NCBI GenBank assembly: GCA_964016885.1
Contig: OZ024756.1
Coordinates: 37,820,001 to 37,884,000 of the forward strand
DNA from: Eledone cirrhosa
Taxonomy: Eukaryota
Direction: 5' to 3'
DNA: 64,000 nucleotides
The translations under genes were made by a program, and so were the position numbers. Under the pieces are notes generated by a model. It worked only from the letters and a program-made list of their open reading frames with translations. It had not been told where the DNA came from and ran no database searches. How positions within the stretch are numbered: the stretch's first letter is position 1; every line of letters starts with the position of its first letter. Positions 39,801-58,647 of the stretch are shown piece by piece.

Positions 39801-42158
39801 TCTCAGTATCAGCTTGGCTAGATGTAGTTCTGCCACAGCTGACCACATTACTGTCCTTTCTACTCCACATCTAGCCAAGCTTTAGCCGACAAGATACAAA
39901 GAAGAATCAACTATTTTTTTTTTTTTTTTTTTTTACATTCCTACTCTACCAAGGCTAATCTGATGCTAAACAACAACTTCTTCAAACAATAAGGGATCTT
40001 CTACTTATGTAGGAAGGGTTGCTCAATTTGCTAGAGGTAGCAGCTAAATCTCGCTCATGCTACAACAAAATCAAAATGTTTTTTTTTCTTTTGTAGGGAA
40101 AAGGGGAGGGACAGACCCTTTTATTATCATTTCATTTGTATTTTTATATATTTATTTGGTATTTGTTTTTTAAGGGCACCCTCACCTATTTACTAAATCA
40201 ATAACTTGGCCATGTTCCTCCCTCTCCCCTTAGATTAGTGTTACACACTCACATCCACCTCTGCCCATCCCCCTTTTTTTTTCCTTTAACCATACACAGC
40301 CGCTGTACTTACTGGATGTATGTGTGTGTGTGTGTGTGTATTTTCCCTCAACCCCTCCTAGTGTGTATGTCAGCCTCTGTCTGTGTGTGTGTGTGTATGT
40401 CAACCTCTGCATGTATGTGTGTGTGTATTTTATTCCTCCCTTCCCCTCCTAGTGTGTATGTCAGCCTCTGTGAGTGTGTATGTGTGTATGTCAGCCTCTG
40501 TGAGTGTGTATGTGTCTACATACACCAAGTCTCTGAACCATCTGATTCCATTTGTTTGTACATATGATAAATAAACTGTTTTCAACACATCACATCTTAG
40601 TTTTGTTTTGTTCTTTGTTGTTGTTTTTGTGTATGTATATATAACAGAAAACATAAAAATAAAAAAAAAACGGCGTAGACACTACAATACAGCAGGGGAA
40701 ACATGATAATAGTACCACTGATGATGTTGCAGATGTGCAACGAAAGAACTTTCTTAGACTATATATATGTATTTATATCTGTATTTTTGACCGTTGGTCA
40801 GTCAATGATAAACTGAATTAACTGTGGAGATATAAAAGATACAGAAGCGAAAACCAACCAAACAGTGTGTTCTGTTATTATTTCTGGCAATATAATTACA
40901 ACAGTATGACCCTCCCCAAGTATAACTATATATATATATATATATATATCGATATAGCTATAAATATATATCACTCTCTCTCTCTTGATCTCTTTTCTTT
41001 TTAGGACTGATGACAGTCAGGATTCCCTCTAAGTTGCATGGCCATATTCTCACTGTATTGGTGTCATCCTCTCACTGTATTGGTGCCATACTCTCACCGT
41101 ATGGGTGCTAATTTAGGTACAAGACCAACAATGTTTTTGTGGGGGGAAAAGTAAGGGAAAAATCGATTATATCGACCCTAGTACTTAGCTATTACTTTAT
41201 TTTATTGACCTCTGAAGGATCAAAGGTGAAGTTGACCTCAGCTGGATTTGAACTGAAAACGTAATGAGCCGTAACTAAATACCGCAGATCATTGTATCCG
41301 ACGCTCTAACGATTCTGCCAAAATATATAAATAAATATTACTAGAGTTGTGTCACATAAGCCCCCCCCCCCCCCCCCCCCACCTCCTTCTTCTCCGCCTC
41401 TTAGAAAATTAAAATAATTACTCGAGTTGTGTCCCTTAAGTTATCTCGGCGTCTTAAAACTTGCAATCATTTCATGTGATAACAAGGGAAATAACCAACA
41501 TATACCAGAAGTATAGGAGGCTCATGCGCTCCTGACTCTTTCCATTAGTGTACACACACACACACTATGGAACTCTGGAGATCCATTTTCTCTTATATAC
41601 ACCAAGTCCGAATACAAAAGTACCAAACTCCCACTGTCTCTGCCTGGGTCTCTACCACTCTCCCTATTGTGAGCAAATGGGGGCCAACGTGCTGGTGGGC
41701 CCCGGCAGACAGAATAGGGGTGGTGAGGGAGTAGCGCTGGAAAAGGTATTCCAGTTATTGTGGCTCACACCTGTGCCAAAAGTAGAAACAGTTATTTTGG
41801 GGGTGAGGGGTTGTTTCTTTTTTGTTTCTGCTATGGAAAGGGGAAGAGTGTAATTATGAGAGAGATGGGTCGAACAGTATCAGTATGTACAAGGGCCAAT
41901 TTCTTTCTTGTCAGCCAAAAAGACACGCATATCTAATACAGACAATTAGGTAGACACCCCAGATGTCACGCTTACCAGAATTTATGTTAATTAATTATGT
42001 ATGAATATATTAACAGTCTGAATACATTAAGATAGAAGAAGGAAGAAGACTATTTTTTTTTTTAACCTGAAATTGAAATGTCTTTTTAGATGTTTTAGAT
42101 GTGATGAAATTATTTGAAATGTGACGTCCTCTTTTGTTTAATAAATATTCATTTGTCT

Positions 42159-42263
<105 letters not shown>

Positions 42264-42299
42264 ATATAATTATATATATATATATATAAATATATATAT

Positions 42300-42391
<92 letters not shown>

Positions 42392-42626
42392 CGGGGTTTT
42401 TAGTGAAAATCTATCAGATTTCCATTTGACCAAGTAAATCTAGTACAGAATGGTCATCACGTGACACAAGTGTCTCAATAAAAATGCAGACGATAGCTGG
42501 AGAGAGAGAGAGAGATAGAAAGAGAGAGGGCTTTAGGCCTTTATTATATTTGAGTGTTCTTATTCACTAAACCATTTCAATAGCTTGTGAAGTATATCCT
42601 CTGAGTAAGCAAGTAAGAACAATACC

Positions 42627-47384
<4,758 letters not shown>

Positions 47385-47566
47385 AACAAACGGAGGAGGG
47401 ACATTATTCACTTGGCTAGAAACCTTCTGTTCAGGAGGCCACGGGATTCAACATCAACAACAATGGATGAGTTGCATAACGTAGAGTGCTTTTTCTACTA
47501 TTACATCACGGTTGGCTAAACGGAATGACCAGTTCTATCCAGTGGTGAACCACAAAACATAAATGA

Positions 47567-47655
<89 letters not shown>

Positions 47656-48114
47656 GTGGTGGTAAGAAACTCTCAGGTGAGCTGGACAGAAGAAAGTCTT
47701 CAGAGAAGAAACCCACCTCAAGCAAGTGTTTTGGCCCTTTATATAGTGTGAAACTAATAAGACTTTGTTGATGTTGTAGTTGTAGTTGTAGTTGGTGGTG
47801 GTGGTGGTGGAGTACATATGCTGAATATTCTAGAAATAAAGAATCAATCAATTATTAGTTAGTTATATATTATTTATATATTCTTATATATAACAAGATA
47901 GCTGGATAACATCTATGAGCTTGGCTGGTCTTGCTTGAGGATCCAGCCGGATCAGTTGGAGACGGTTGCTTCTGACAGGACCCACTGTAAGGAGTGTTTG
48001 AGGACTCTGCCCCCACGACCATTTCAGAAATAAGTATTCGAAGAAGAAGAAGAGTTTGAAAGAAACGTTCTTTACTTATACATGCATACATTTTTTTAGG
48101 CTAATCTTAATCAA

Positions 48115-48307
48115 CAATTATTTCTACTTTTGGCACAAGGCCGGCAATTATTTCAGTGTATTACTGGTACTTTATTTTATCGACCTCGTAAGGATGAAAG
48201 GCAAAATTAACCTCGGCGGTATTTGAACTCAGACCATAATGGGCCGTAACTCTATGCGTCAAAGCATGGCGTCCGACCCTCTACCGATACTGTCAATCCA
48301 CCGCCCT
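48115..48307 (-). mobile_element. tRNA-derived SINE family 2
   Basis: Reverse complement of the 7728/21735 family, apparently full length. Confidence 0.85.
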
Positions 48308-49514
48308 AAGCATAATAATAATAATAATAATAATAATAATCATAATAATAATGATTTCTTTATTAACCACAAGGGTTTACATAAAGTAGACATTAAGGAC
48401 AGTGCAGGACAATGCAGGACGGTACAAATGGGCATTTCTGCGTGTAAAAAAACAAAAACAGAGGATGTAACAAAAATAACAATGAAAATAACAATGAAAA
48501 ATTCCCCAATAGGGGGGAGACTTCGGAGGGACATTTGTGGAGAAAGCCCAGTAAAAAGCCACAATGACCCTGACCACCAAGGCAAGTGCCCTCTCCCAGT
48601 TTTCCACCTTTAGTTTACAGATATATACTCAGAGTCGGCCCATTCACTCGGGCCATTCTTAATGAAATTATTGTGTACAGTGGTCAGGTGCTTTACAATC
48701 ACCTGGAGTTGCGTGACTGCCATCGATAATGTTGCACTCTGAAACGATCGTAAAACAATGGATTAATTATATATGTATATATATTGCAAATATATTATAT
48801 TTATGTGTGTCTGTGTTATCTAATTCAGTGAGAAGAGTTTTGGCATTCCAAAGATGATGGGTAAACAGAGAAAACACAGGGAAACATTTTATTAATAGGT
48901 TATTGCTCGTGTCTAGAGAAACAAGGCCCACATTCACACATACATACATAGATACATACATACACACATACACATACACCCGCGCACATACATACATACA
49001 TACACACACATACACACACACACACACACACGTTCATACATACATACATACATACATACATACATACATACATACATACATACATACATACATACATACA
49101 CACATACACACCCGCGCACATACATACATACATACACACGTTCATACATACATACATACATACATACATACATACACACACACACACCCGCGCACATACA
49201 TACATACATGCATACACACACATACATACATACATACATACACACACACACACGTTCATACATACATACATACATACATACATACACACACATACATATA
49301 TACACATATACACATACATACATGCATACATACATACACACATACACATAAACACATACATACACACACATACACACATACATATATAATGTAAAACATT
49401 CTAAAAATTCTGGACGTAATAGCTGCATATACACATGTATAGATATAAAACATATGCACGAGTACACATATAACTCAAAGCATACAGATCCACACATACA
49501 ATAACACCCATACC

Positions 49515-49569
<55 letters not shown>

Positions 49570-49898
49570 CTACCTAATTGATGTTGTGTAAATTCCAATG
49601 AAAGAGTCTTGTGTCTATGTTAGGAACCAGCTTTCTATTGGTAAAGATTTATAAAATAATTGTTTTGTACTTTTGGCACAAGGCCAGCAAAGACCCAGTA
49701 CATTACTGGTACTTTATTTTATCGACCCCGTAAGGATGAAAGGCAAAGTTAACCTCGGCGGAATTTGAACTCAGAATGGCAAGGGCCGTAACTCTATGCG
49801 TCAAAGCATGGCGTCCGACCCTCTACCGATACTGCCAATCCATACATACACACATACATATTTACAAGCTTACATACATACACACATATATGCGCATA

Positions 49899-50026
49899 TA
49901 TTTCTGAAGACAGCATATATGTGTAGGTATGTATATTCCCTCTGATAGTTTGTAAAAATTTTACATAGATCTATATGATATACATACCAACACACACATA
50001 TATATCCTAGAAACGATCGTAAAATG
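49899..50026 (+). ncRNA. Hammerhead-like motif, Penelope-type with palindromic stem III
   Basis: UAUUU-CUGAAGA (49904), imperfect ~14-bp stem II base, GAAAC-GAUC-GUA (50010-50021), then AAAUG pairing back as stem I. Confidence 0.5.
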
Positions 50027-50108
50027 ATGAATTTTTTAATATAAGGAACTGTTTCTTTGTTTTTATTCATTATTTTTATTAATTTATATATATATATATT
50101 TTTATTTG

Positions 50109-50163
<55 letters not shown>

Positions 50164-50269
50164 GCAAACATACATACATAATACATACATACATATAAAA
50201 AGCAACAGAGATGACAGTTAAATATGAGTTAAGATGTCAGGTTTCTTGAGATATGTAAGTTTGTGTAGA

Positions 50270-50314
<45 letters not shown>

Positions 50315-50601
50315 TAAGAGAGAAAAGTGTGAGCGATATGTTTGTTGAAGTGAATATTTTATTTGAAATAAATCAACCTAGAAATTGCCGTCCTGGAACT
50401 ATCTTTACCACCACCACCACCACCATTTGTTAAGATCAGCTTACTAAAGTTATCTCCCTTGTAACGGTGGCACGTGAAATGTTGCTGAATAACTCGTAGA
50501 AGATTTTGTAATAATCAAATGTTTGATTTCAGCCTCGTTCCGATTTAAGTATTTACTGCGACATAGTTACAGCCTTATTTCTTTCTCTCTCTCTCTCTCC
50601 T

Positions 50602-50632
<31 letters not shown>

Positions 50633-50896
50633 TATTTACAGATATACTCCCGATTTATCTCTTTTACATACTATCTCTCTGTTATTAACACATATATACC
50701 TTTACAGCGATATATTCCTGGTTTATCTGTCTTACACACACACATACATACACACAAACACTGCCTCTCGTTCTCACCTCCACACCCATACACACACATA
50801 TTTACTACGATATACTCCTCGCTTATCTCCCTTTCATACACACACAGACTGACCCTCTCCAATCCCCCCCCCCCCCCTACACACACACATACTGCT

Positions 50897-50929
<33 letters not shown>

Positions 50930-51156
50930 TAGGGTCATTTCCTCAGCTCAGCTGTGAATTCATTGAAATCAAAGAACCCAGACCTCATCATCACCACCAG
51001 TATTATTATTATTTATTATTATTATTTTACATTCCATATTAATTCTTCTCTGGGGTGGGGGATGTTATATAATTTCTTCTTAAACTGGAGTCTAGCTGTA
51101 GTCGATTTTAAATACATATACATGCTTGTATAACAGATATTTACATACACACACAC

Positions 51157-51193
<37 letters not shown>

Positions 51194-52599
51194 TGCATAC
51201 ATATATATAGTGAGGGAGAGAGATATACATGTATATAAATCTTAATTTACACCCTTTGATCCTGACCGACTGAGGTAGATTGTTTTTCTTAATTTTATTA
51301 TCTTGTAAATAGTTCTTGATGTGATATATTTTTTATTTGATTTTAACGACAATCATTCCAAACTTACCTAAGGTTCGATTATACCTATGTACACACACAC
51401 ACATATATATATATAGTGTGCATGTTTGTGTATATATATACATAATGTATATATTGAGGTGTGTATATTATATTAATGAATGTTGTTTTCGTGTTTAATT
51501 AGATATAAGAACAGTCAAACCTTAATTGGCTGAAACGTTGATTACATAAATACAGAGTAAAGCTTTTAATTTTTTACAAAGACAAAACGATTGACTGTGA
51601 CTTCGAAGTTTCGCCTTAGTCGGCTTCGTCTGTATATATACATATATCTATATCTATCTATCTATCTATCTATTCACGTATACACTCTTCTCATTCTCTC
51701 TCTTTCTTGATTATATATATTATTTAAAAACATGTGATCCTTACGGTCAAGCTTTAAACCATTTCGATATAGCCACTTTATTTATGTGTATTGTGTAAAT
51801 AGTAATATATATATATATATATACATGTAGCTTTTGTATAATATATATATATTAAATAACATACCTCATATTTTGTGATGTGATTTGGTTGTTGTCAGTG
51901 AGTGTGTTTGTTGTTGTTGTTGTGTGGGTGGGTCTGTTGTGTCTTTGCTATTGTATCTGTCAAATCTATCTTCGTTATTTTTATCTGCTTATGTCGTCAT
52001 AACTTTTAGTCTGGTAGTCTTTCTCCTTTTGTGTTCACTTGTTTATATCTATATTTCAAATGTCACACCTTTTAAAAACGGAAACTGGGTAAAATCTTAA
52101 ACCTGAAAAAGAACAACAAAAAGAAAACGAAAACGAAAGACGAGACTACCAAACACGCACCTATTGACATATAATATATATACATAGTATACGTTCATAG
52201 TATATACACTCATAATATATACACATAGTACACACATATAATAGATATACATAGTATACACTCATAATCTATACACATAGTACAGACATAATATACAATC
52301 ATAACATACAATCATATACACACACATAATATACAATCATATTATACACACACATAATATATATACATAATATACACCTTCATTGCATCAGTGCGGATGT
52401 GTATATATATATGGAATGTATCCTGTATATAGCAAACAATTGACAACAAAGAGGCAGATCTTTAAATGAAAGGGTTCCTCCATTCTTTGTTGATTTTTAA
52501 GGAGGGTTAGAACGGTAAGAGAGAAAGAGAAAGAAAGAGTTATATAGGGTGGTATGTCTTCTTTTTTCTCTTGTTCCTTTTGGCTCTTGTGAGTTAATT

Positions 52600-53105
52600 A
52601 ATGAGTGGACATTACAACAACAGCAACAACAACAACCACCCCGATCACTACAACCACCACTATCACCACAACTTCTTTCCTCAGTTCGACATCACTGCTA
52701 GAGGTGCTAGCAGGCGATAGTATGATTACGTTACGTTTTTTTTTGCTATTGTTAAGTAAATAGTGGATATTACAACAACAACAACCACGACCACCACTAC
52801 CACCTCAACCACCACAACCTCTTTCCTCAGTTCGACATCACTGGAAGAGGTGCTAGTATGATTACGTTACGTTTTTTGCTCTTGTTAAGTAACTAGTGGA
52901 CATTACAATAACAACCATACCACTACAACCACTACAACCACTACCACCTCAACCACTTTCCTCAGTTCGACATCACTGGTAGAGGTGCTAGTAGGCGATA
53001 GTATGATTACGTTACGTTTTATTTCTTTCCTCTTGTTAAGTAACTAGTGGACATTACAACAACAAGAACCACCACCTCTTTGCTTGGTCCGACATCACTG
53101 GCAGA
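52600..53105. repeat. Tandem repeat, ~130-160-bp unit (4 copies)
   Basis: gtggacattacaac...ctttcctcagttcgacatcactg recurs 4 times with variable (ACC/AAC)n. Confidence 0.8.
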
Positions 53106-53181
53106 AGTTCAGTGATGACGGCCAACATTAAATTGCTGTGGCATGTTCGGAGGATGGCTGTATATCTGATGGTGTCTTGAT

Positions 53182-53275
53182 ATGAGTTCCAACGACGACT
53201 TTCAGCCGGATGCTTTGGATACTGTTATTAACGTGTTTGTATTGACGCCCAACGATCCACTTAACGGATTTTTGG
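53182..53275 (+). CDS. Candidate first coding exon of an unidentified third gene
   Basis: ATG preceded by an in-frame TGA; MSSNDDFQPDALDTVINVFVLTPNDPLNGFL; consensus donor TGG|gtaagt; non-repetitive, CpG-containing sequence. No downstream exon recognised. Confidence 0.35.
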
Positions 53276-53614
53276 GTAAGTGAATTTCAATTCAGACCCA
53301 ACCTTGTCGCCAAACTCCATCTGCCTCATCTCCTTCGTTCTTTTCTTTTTTTTTCTCTCCCTCCTAACATCCATGATATAGAACCCCCCACAACTGCACC
53401 AAAGCCTATATATATATATATATGTATATATATCATCATCATCACCGTTTTACGTCCGTTCTTCCACGCTATCATGGGTTAGACGGGTTGCCCTGTTGTT
53501 TGCGCTCGATGCCCTTCATATATATATATATAGGGTGCCCCCAAAATGATTACCTGTACAGGCAATATTTATTAGAATGCTGTTGAAGTGTTTACATTTT
53601 TGGGGGACACCCTG

Positions 53615-53689
<75 letters not shown>

Positions 53690-54549
53690 GCCCCCCCCCC
53701 AAAAAAAAAATATATATATATAGTCGTGCACAAGTCATATTTCTCTCCACCCGCCGCGAAAATGCGACCCGAAAAGCCACCATTTGACTGACCCTCTCCT
53801 GGACCAATGACACCTCTATTCAGAATATATGGTACATTGTAGTTGTATGTAAAGTGGAGGTGCGACTTATACATGTATATATATATATAGTAAACAATTG
53901 AACGGGAACAAAACAGAGAGGCAGTACGAACAAAGGTTTATTAGTTTCACGCTCTTGAGAGTGGGGTGGTGGTGGGGAATGACGTTTCGGGCATAAGCCC
54001 TTATATATATATATATACGTGTATAAGTCGCACCTCCACTTTATATATATATATACACACACACGCGTATACAGGTGTCCCTCCAAAATGTATACACACT
54101 TCAACAACATTCTAATAAATATTGCCTCTACAGGTAATCAAAGAGTGTATACATTTTGGGGGACACACTGTGTGTATATATATATATATATATATCTCAT
54201 CACCTTTTAACATCTCTTTTTCTATGCTTGTATGGGATTAGGTAGGGTGTCATGTTATTAGGATAGGGCCAAAACAGGTCAGGTGACTGTTGTTCCTTCT
54301 TTGGCTTGGTTTTCTACGGCTGGGTGTCCTTCATAACGCTAACCACTCCACAGTGTGTGCTGGAAGCTTTCTCGTGACAGCAGGATTACCACCATTATAG
54401 GGCGAACTGGGTGCAATTTTGTCGTGGTTCCAGTTAGACTACCTTACGGAGTGCACTGTATGCTTTTTTGTTGTGTCACCAGTTCGCTAATCTTACAGGG
54501 TGACCTGTGTGTGTGTGTGTGTGTATATATATATGTGTGTGTGTATTAT

Positions 54550-54770
54550 TAGGTAATTCCAAAGAAAAAGCAAAGGAAAAAAGAGTGCTCTATGTATAGA
54601 ACAGAGCTATTTAATTAGAAAGTGAACAACACAAAATATAACTACTTAGAGATGTTATGGGTTTACCCATAACATCTCTGTTTGACGACCAATCCAGACG
54701 TATATTATTATTGTCTGGGATCCAGAAACCTTTGGTAATGGAGTAGTTATATTTTGTGTTGTTCACTTTC

Positions 54771-54775
<5 letters not shown>
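54550..54775 (+). mobile_element. Fold-back element with degenerate hammerhead motif, copy 2
   Basis: Near-identical to 16547-16743 at both ends, with a different internal junction containing the perfect hairpin agagatgttatggg/cccataacatctct. Confidence 0.55.
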
Positions 54776-54809
<34 letters not shown>

Positions 54810-54916
54810 TATATATAATATATATATTAAAGAGTTAAACAAGATTCAATGAGTATATCAAAGAATGAGTTTTACAGTAGATTGGAAGCACTCTACAGAA
54901 AAATAATTTTTCAGAG

Positions 54917-55080
54917 GTACAACAGTACGTCCTCATCAGACAAAATATAATGATACATGACATACCCTGAGATGTTAAATGGTTAAGATTTAATCATTTA
55001 ACATCTCAGGGTATGTCATGTATCATTATATTTTGTCTGATGAGGACGTACTGTTGTACATCCGAAATATGTATAATAAA
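54917..55080 (+). mobile_element. Palindromic element with hammerhead-like motif
   Basis: ~70-bp near-perfect arms 54917-55059; right arm carries CTGATGA-GGAcGTAC-tgtt-GTACaTCC-GAAATATGTA followed by AATAAA. Confidence 0.55.
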
Positions 55081-55122
55081 ATTTAATTGATCAAAAGAAC
55101 ATCTATTTTATTAACATTTGTA

Positions 55123-55176
<54 letters not shown>

Positions 55177-55382
55177 CCTGGGTATGACATTAAACTGCAT
55201 CTCGTGGCAAGGCTCCAGTTCGGGAGTTCAGGAGTTATGGGGAATGTGGAGTTACCCCTTAGTTGTTATCACTCCCAGGTCTGCTCTGGCCCAGAGTAGT
55301 AGTACCTGTTAGGGCCCCATTTATGGGTTAAATAATTACCTTATTTGAGTGGCACCAGTTAGGTATTATCAGCCATTGAAAA

Positions 55383-55423
<41 letters not shown>

Positions 55424-55676
55424 AAGGGTAATAGTTAATTTGCCTCTGGGAAAATATGCGTATGATTTCCTTTATTTTAAGTACTCTAATGTGATCTTCC
55501 CTATAGTTAATTCTGAGCCTTGTTTAAGATAGATGTTTGTATATATATCTCCACCTTTCTCCTGATGAAGGGCTTATGCCCGAAACGTCGTCCCCATCCC
55601 CCACTCTCAAGCGTGAACCTAATACCAACACTGACCATAGTTGCACTCCTCGTTATTGATTTTATTTTTTGCTTTA

Positions 55677-55743
<67 letters not shown>

Positions 55744-56058
55744 TTTGAGGACTCTAGCCCCACGACCCTCTTAGGAATAAGTGGGTGAAGAAGAAGAGAA
55801 TATATATATAACGAAGGAAGTGTGGTAAGGAACCAGGTGGACCGTAACGCGCCAGAGTACTCGATACTTAGGGTAGTAGAGTGGGTAATATATATATATG
55901 AAAAGATCGAGGACCCCGATGGCCTATTCATATCATCATCGTTCAACGTCTATCTTCCACGTTAGCATGGGTTAGACGGGTTTGTCCCATTTAGAGGCAA
56001 GTTGGGCCAGGTGACCCTGTCTCACTCATATAGGACTGTTTCTGGCTGGTTTTCTACG

Positions 56059-57034
<976 letters not shown>

Positions 57035-57045
57035 GACTTTTATAA

Positions 57046-57291
57046 GTGACACAGAGGAGACTGAGGTTAGCTGGACATGCTCACCGACATCCAGAGTTGA
57101 CATTGCACTCAGTGCTCCTTTGGGAGCCCCTACATGGACACACTAGAAGAGGAAGACCAAGGTTAACGTATGTTGATGCCCTAAGGACAGACACTGGTCT
57201 GTTGGAGACGCAGGACATGGCAGCGATAATGAGGGACAGGGACCGCTGGAGAGAACTCGTTCATGGATCTCGGGAATTTTACATGCCTTAG
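57046..57291 (+). pseudogene. RTE-like LINE C-terminal fragment
   Basis: [12 protein letters not shown]...[28 protein letters not shown]......MRDRDRWR is an RTE-group 3' motif; 5'-truncated, embedded in (TA)n. Confidence 0.8.
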
Positions 57292-57310
57292 AATATATAT
57301 ATATATACAC

Positions 57311-57387
<77 letters not shown>

Positions 57388-57657
57388 CGTCAAGTATGAA
57401 ATTTGTAGAAATTTGTTATTTTTCTACAAATTTCTCCAAATTTCATAATTGATGACCCAATATATGTGTGTGTGTGTGTAATACACCTAAATTAATATTT
57501 TGTATATCTGTGTATGTGTAAAGACTTATATATACAGGGTGTCGTCGTCCCCCCCCCCCCCAATATATACACATTTGAGTTATCTGCTGTTGAAGTGTGT
57601 ATACATTTTTTTGGACACCATATATATGTGACACCATATTTATATATATATATATGT

Positions 57658-57870
57658 GAAGGCGTGTGGCTGAGTGGTTAGAAAATTGGATTCACAATCG
57701 TGAGACTGAGTTCGATTCCTGGAGTGGGCGATGCGTTATGTCCTTGAGCAAGACACTTTATTTCACGTTGTTCCTTCTACCTGGAGTTGAGACCAATAGA
57801 TAGTACTAGCAATTGGAAAGACCAACGGAAACATTGTTTCCTCGGTCCGATTTGACGAAAGTCAGTCGAT
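57658..57870 (+). mobile_element. tRNA-derived SINE with CORE-like middle and a different tail
   Basis: tggctgagtggttaga...gagttcgattcct...ccttgagcaagacacttt; tail related to 43262-43350, 1660-1740 and the 39470-39800 tandem. Confidence 0.7.
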
Positions 57871-57880
57871 ATATATATAT

Positions 57881-58227
57881 ATTAAACATACGGTATATTG
57901 CCAAATATACTATACATACATTCATGTATACATCGCTATTTCAGAGCACCAATCCTAATACCTAATTTTTGCAGAACCAGCAATCGCTCTGTATAATCAG
58001 CTCCTGTTTATTACTGGAATTCTATAAGAATCCAGCTTCCATAATTTTCGGTGAAAGCAGGGAAGTACGTGGCTCTGATGAATGCCAACCAGCGTGAAAC
58101 AGACTGTCAGCTTCTCTCCCTTCTTTCACCGAAAACAAGTAAGTGACATAGTCACTACTTTAAAACCAATATCGTATGGTCTTCTAAATGTTTTTAATTA
58201 AACATACGGTATATTGCCAAATATACT

Positions 58228-58237
<10 letters not shown>
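57881..58237 (+). mobile_element. Retrozyme-like / Penelope-dependent element: 316-bp unit plus ~40-bp terminal redundancy
   Basis: attaaacatacggtatattgccaaatatactatacataca at 57881 and again at 58197; contains the hammerhead; (TA)n on both sides; no meaningful ORF. Confidence 0.6.
58045..58135 (+). ncRNA. Type-I hammerhead ribozyme
   Basis: Stem Ia GGCU/AGCU; core CUGAUGA (58075-58081); stem II AUGC-caacca-GCGU; GAAA; stem III ACA-gac-UGU; GUC with predicted cleavage after 58108; distal stem I UUUUCGGUGAAAG/CUUUCACCGAAAA (13 bp perfect). Confidence 0.8.
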
Positions 58238-58277
<40 letters not shown>

Positions 58278-58647
58278 AAACTAATGTATATGTTTATGTC
58301 CTTCCTGCTCTAGTCCTTTGTTCTTTGACCAGTACCACAACCCTTGATTCAACAACTTCTAATTATCTCCCCCTGCCATTTGAACTCTCCATTTTTTCTT
58401 TTGTTTTTATTTTATTTATATTTTGTTTTGTTATCTCTATTTTTTCCTCCTTAAAAGATTAAATTTAAACGTGTTTTTTTCTTTGTTTTTTTGCGATATA
58501 ATCATATTTATTGCTTTAGAGAGATAAATTATTAAAAAAATAAAATAATGTATATTAAATTTTTTATTAAATTATATCTTAACTCTTTTGATACCAAATA
58601 TGGAACATAAGAGCACGAAATGGGTCTTTGATCAGTTCTAGACTTGG

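Noticed and set aside
42457-42465. TCACGTGAC E-box/CLEAR-like motif upstream of the dehydrogenase ATG
   Set aside because: Single short motif with unknown TSS; insufficient support.
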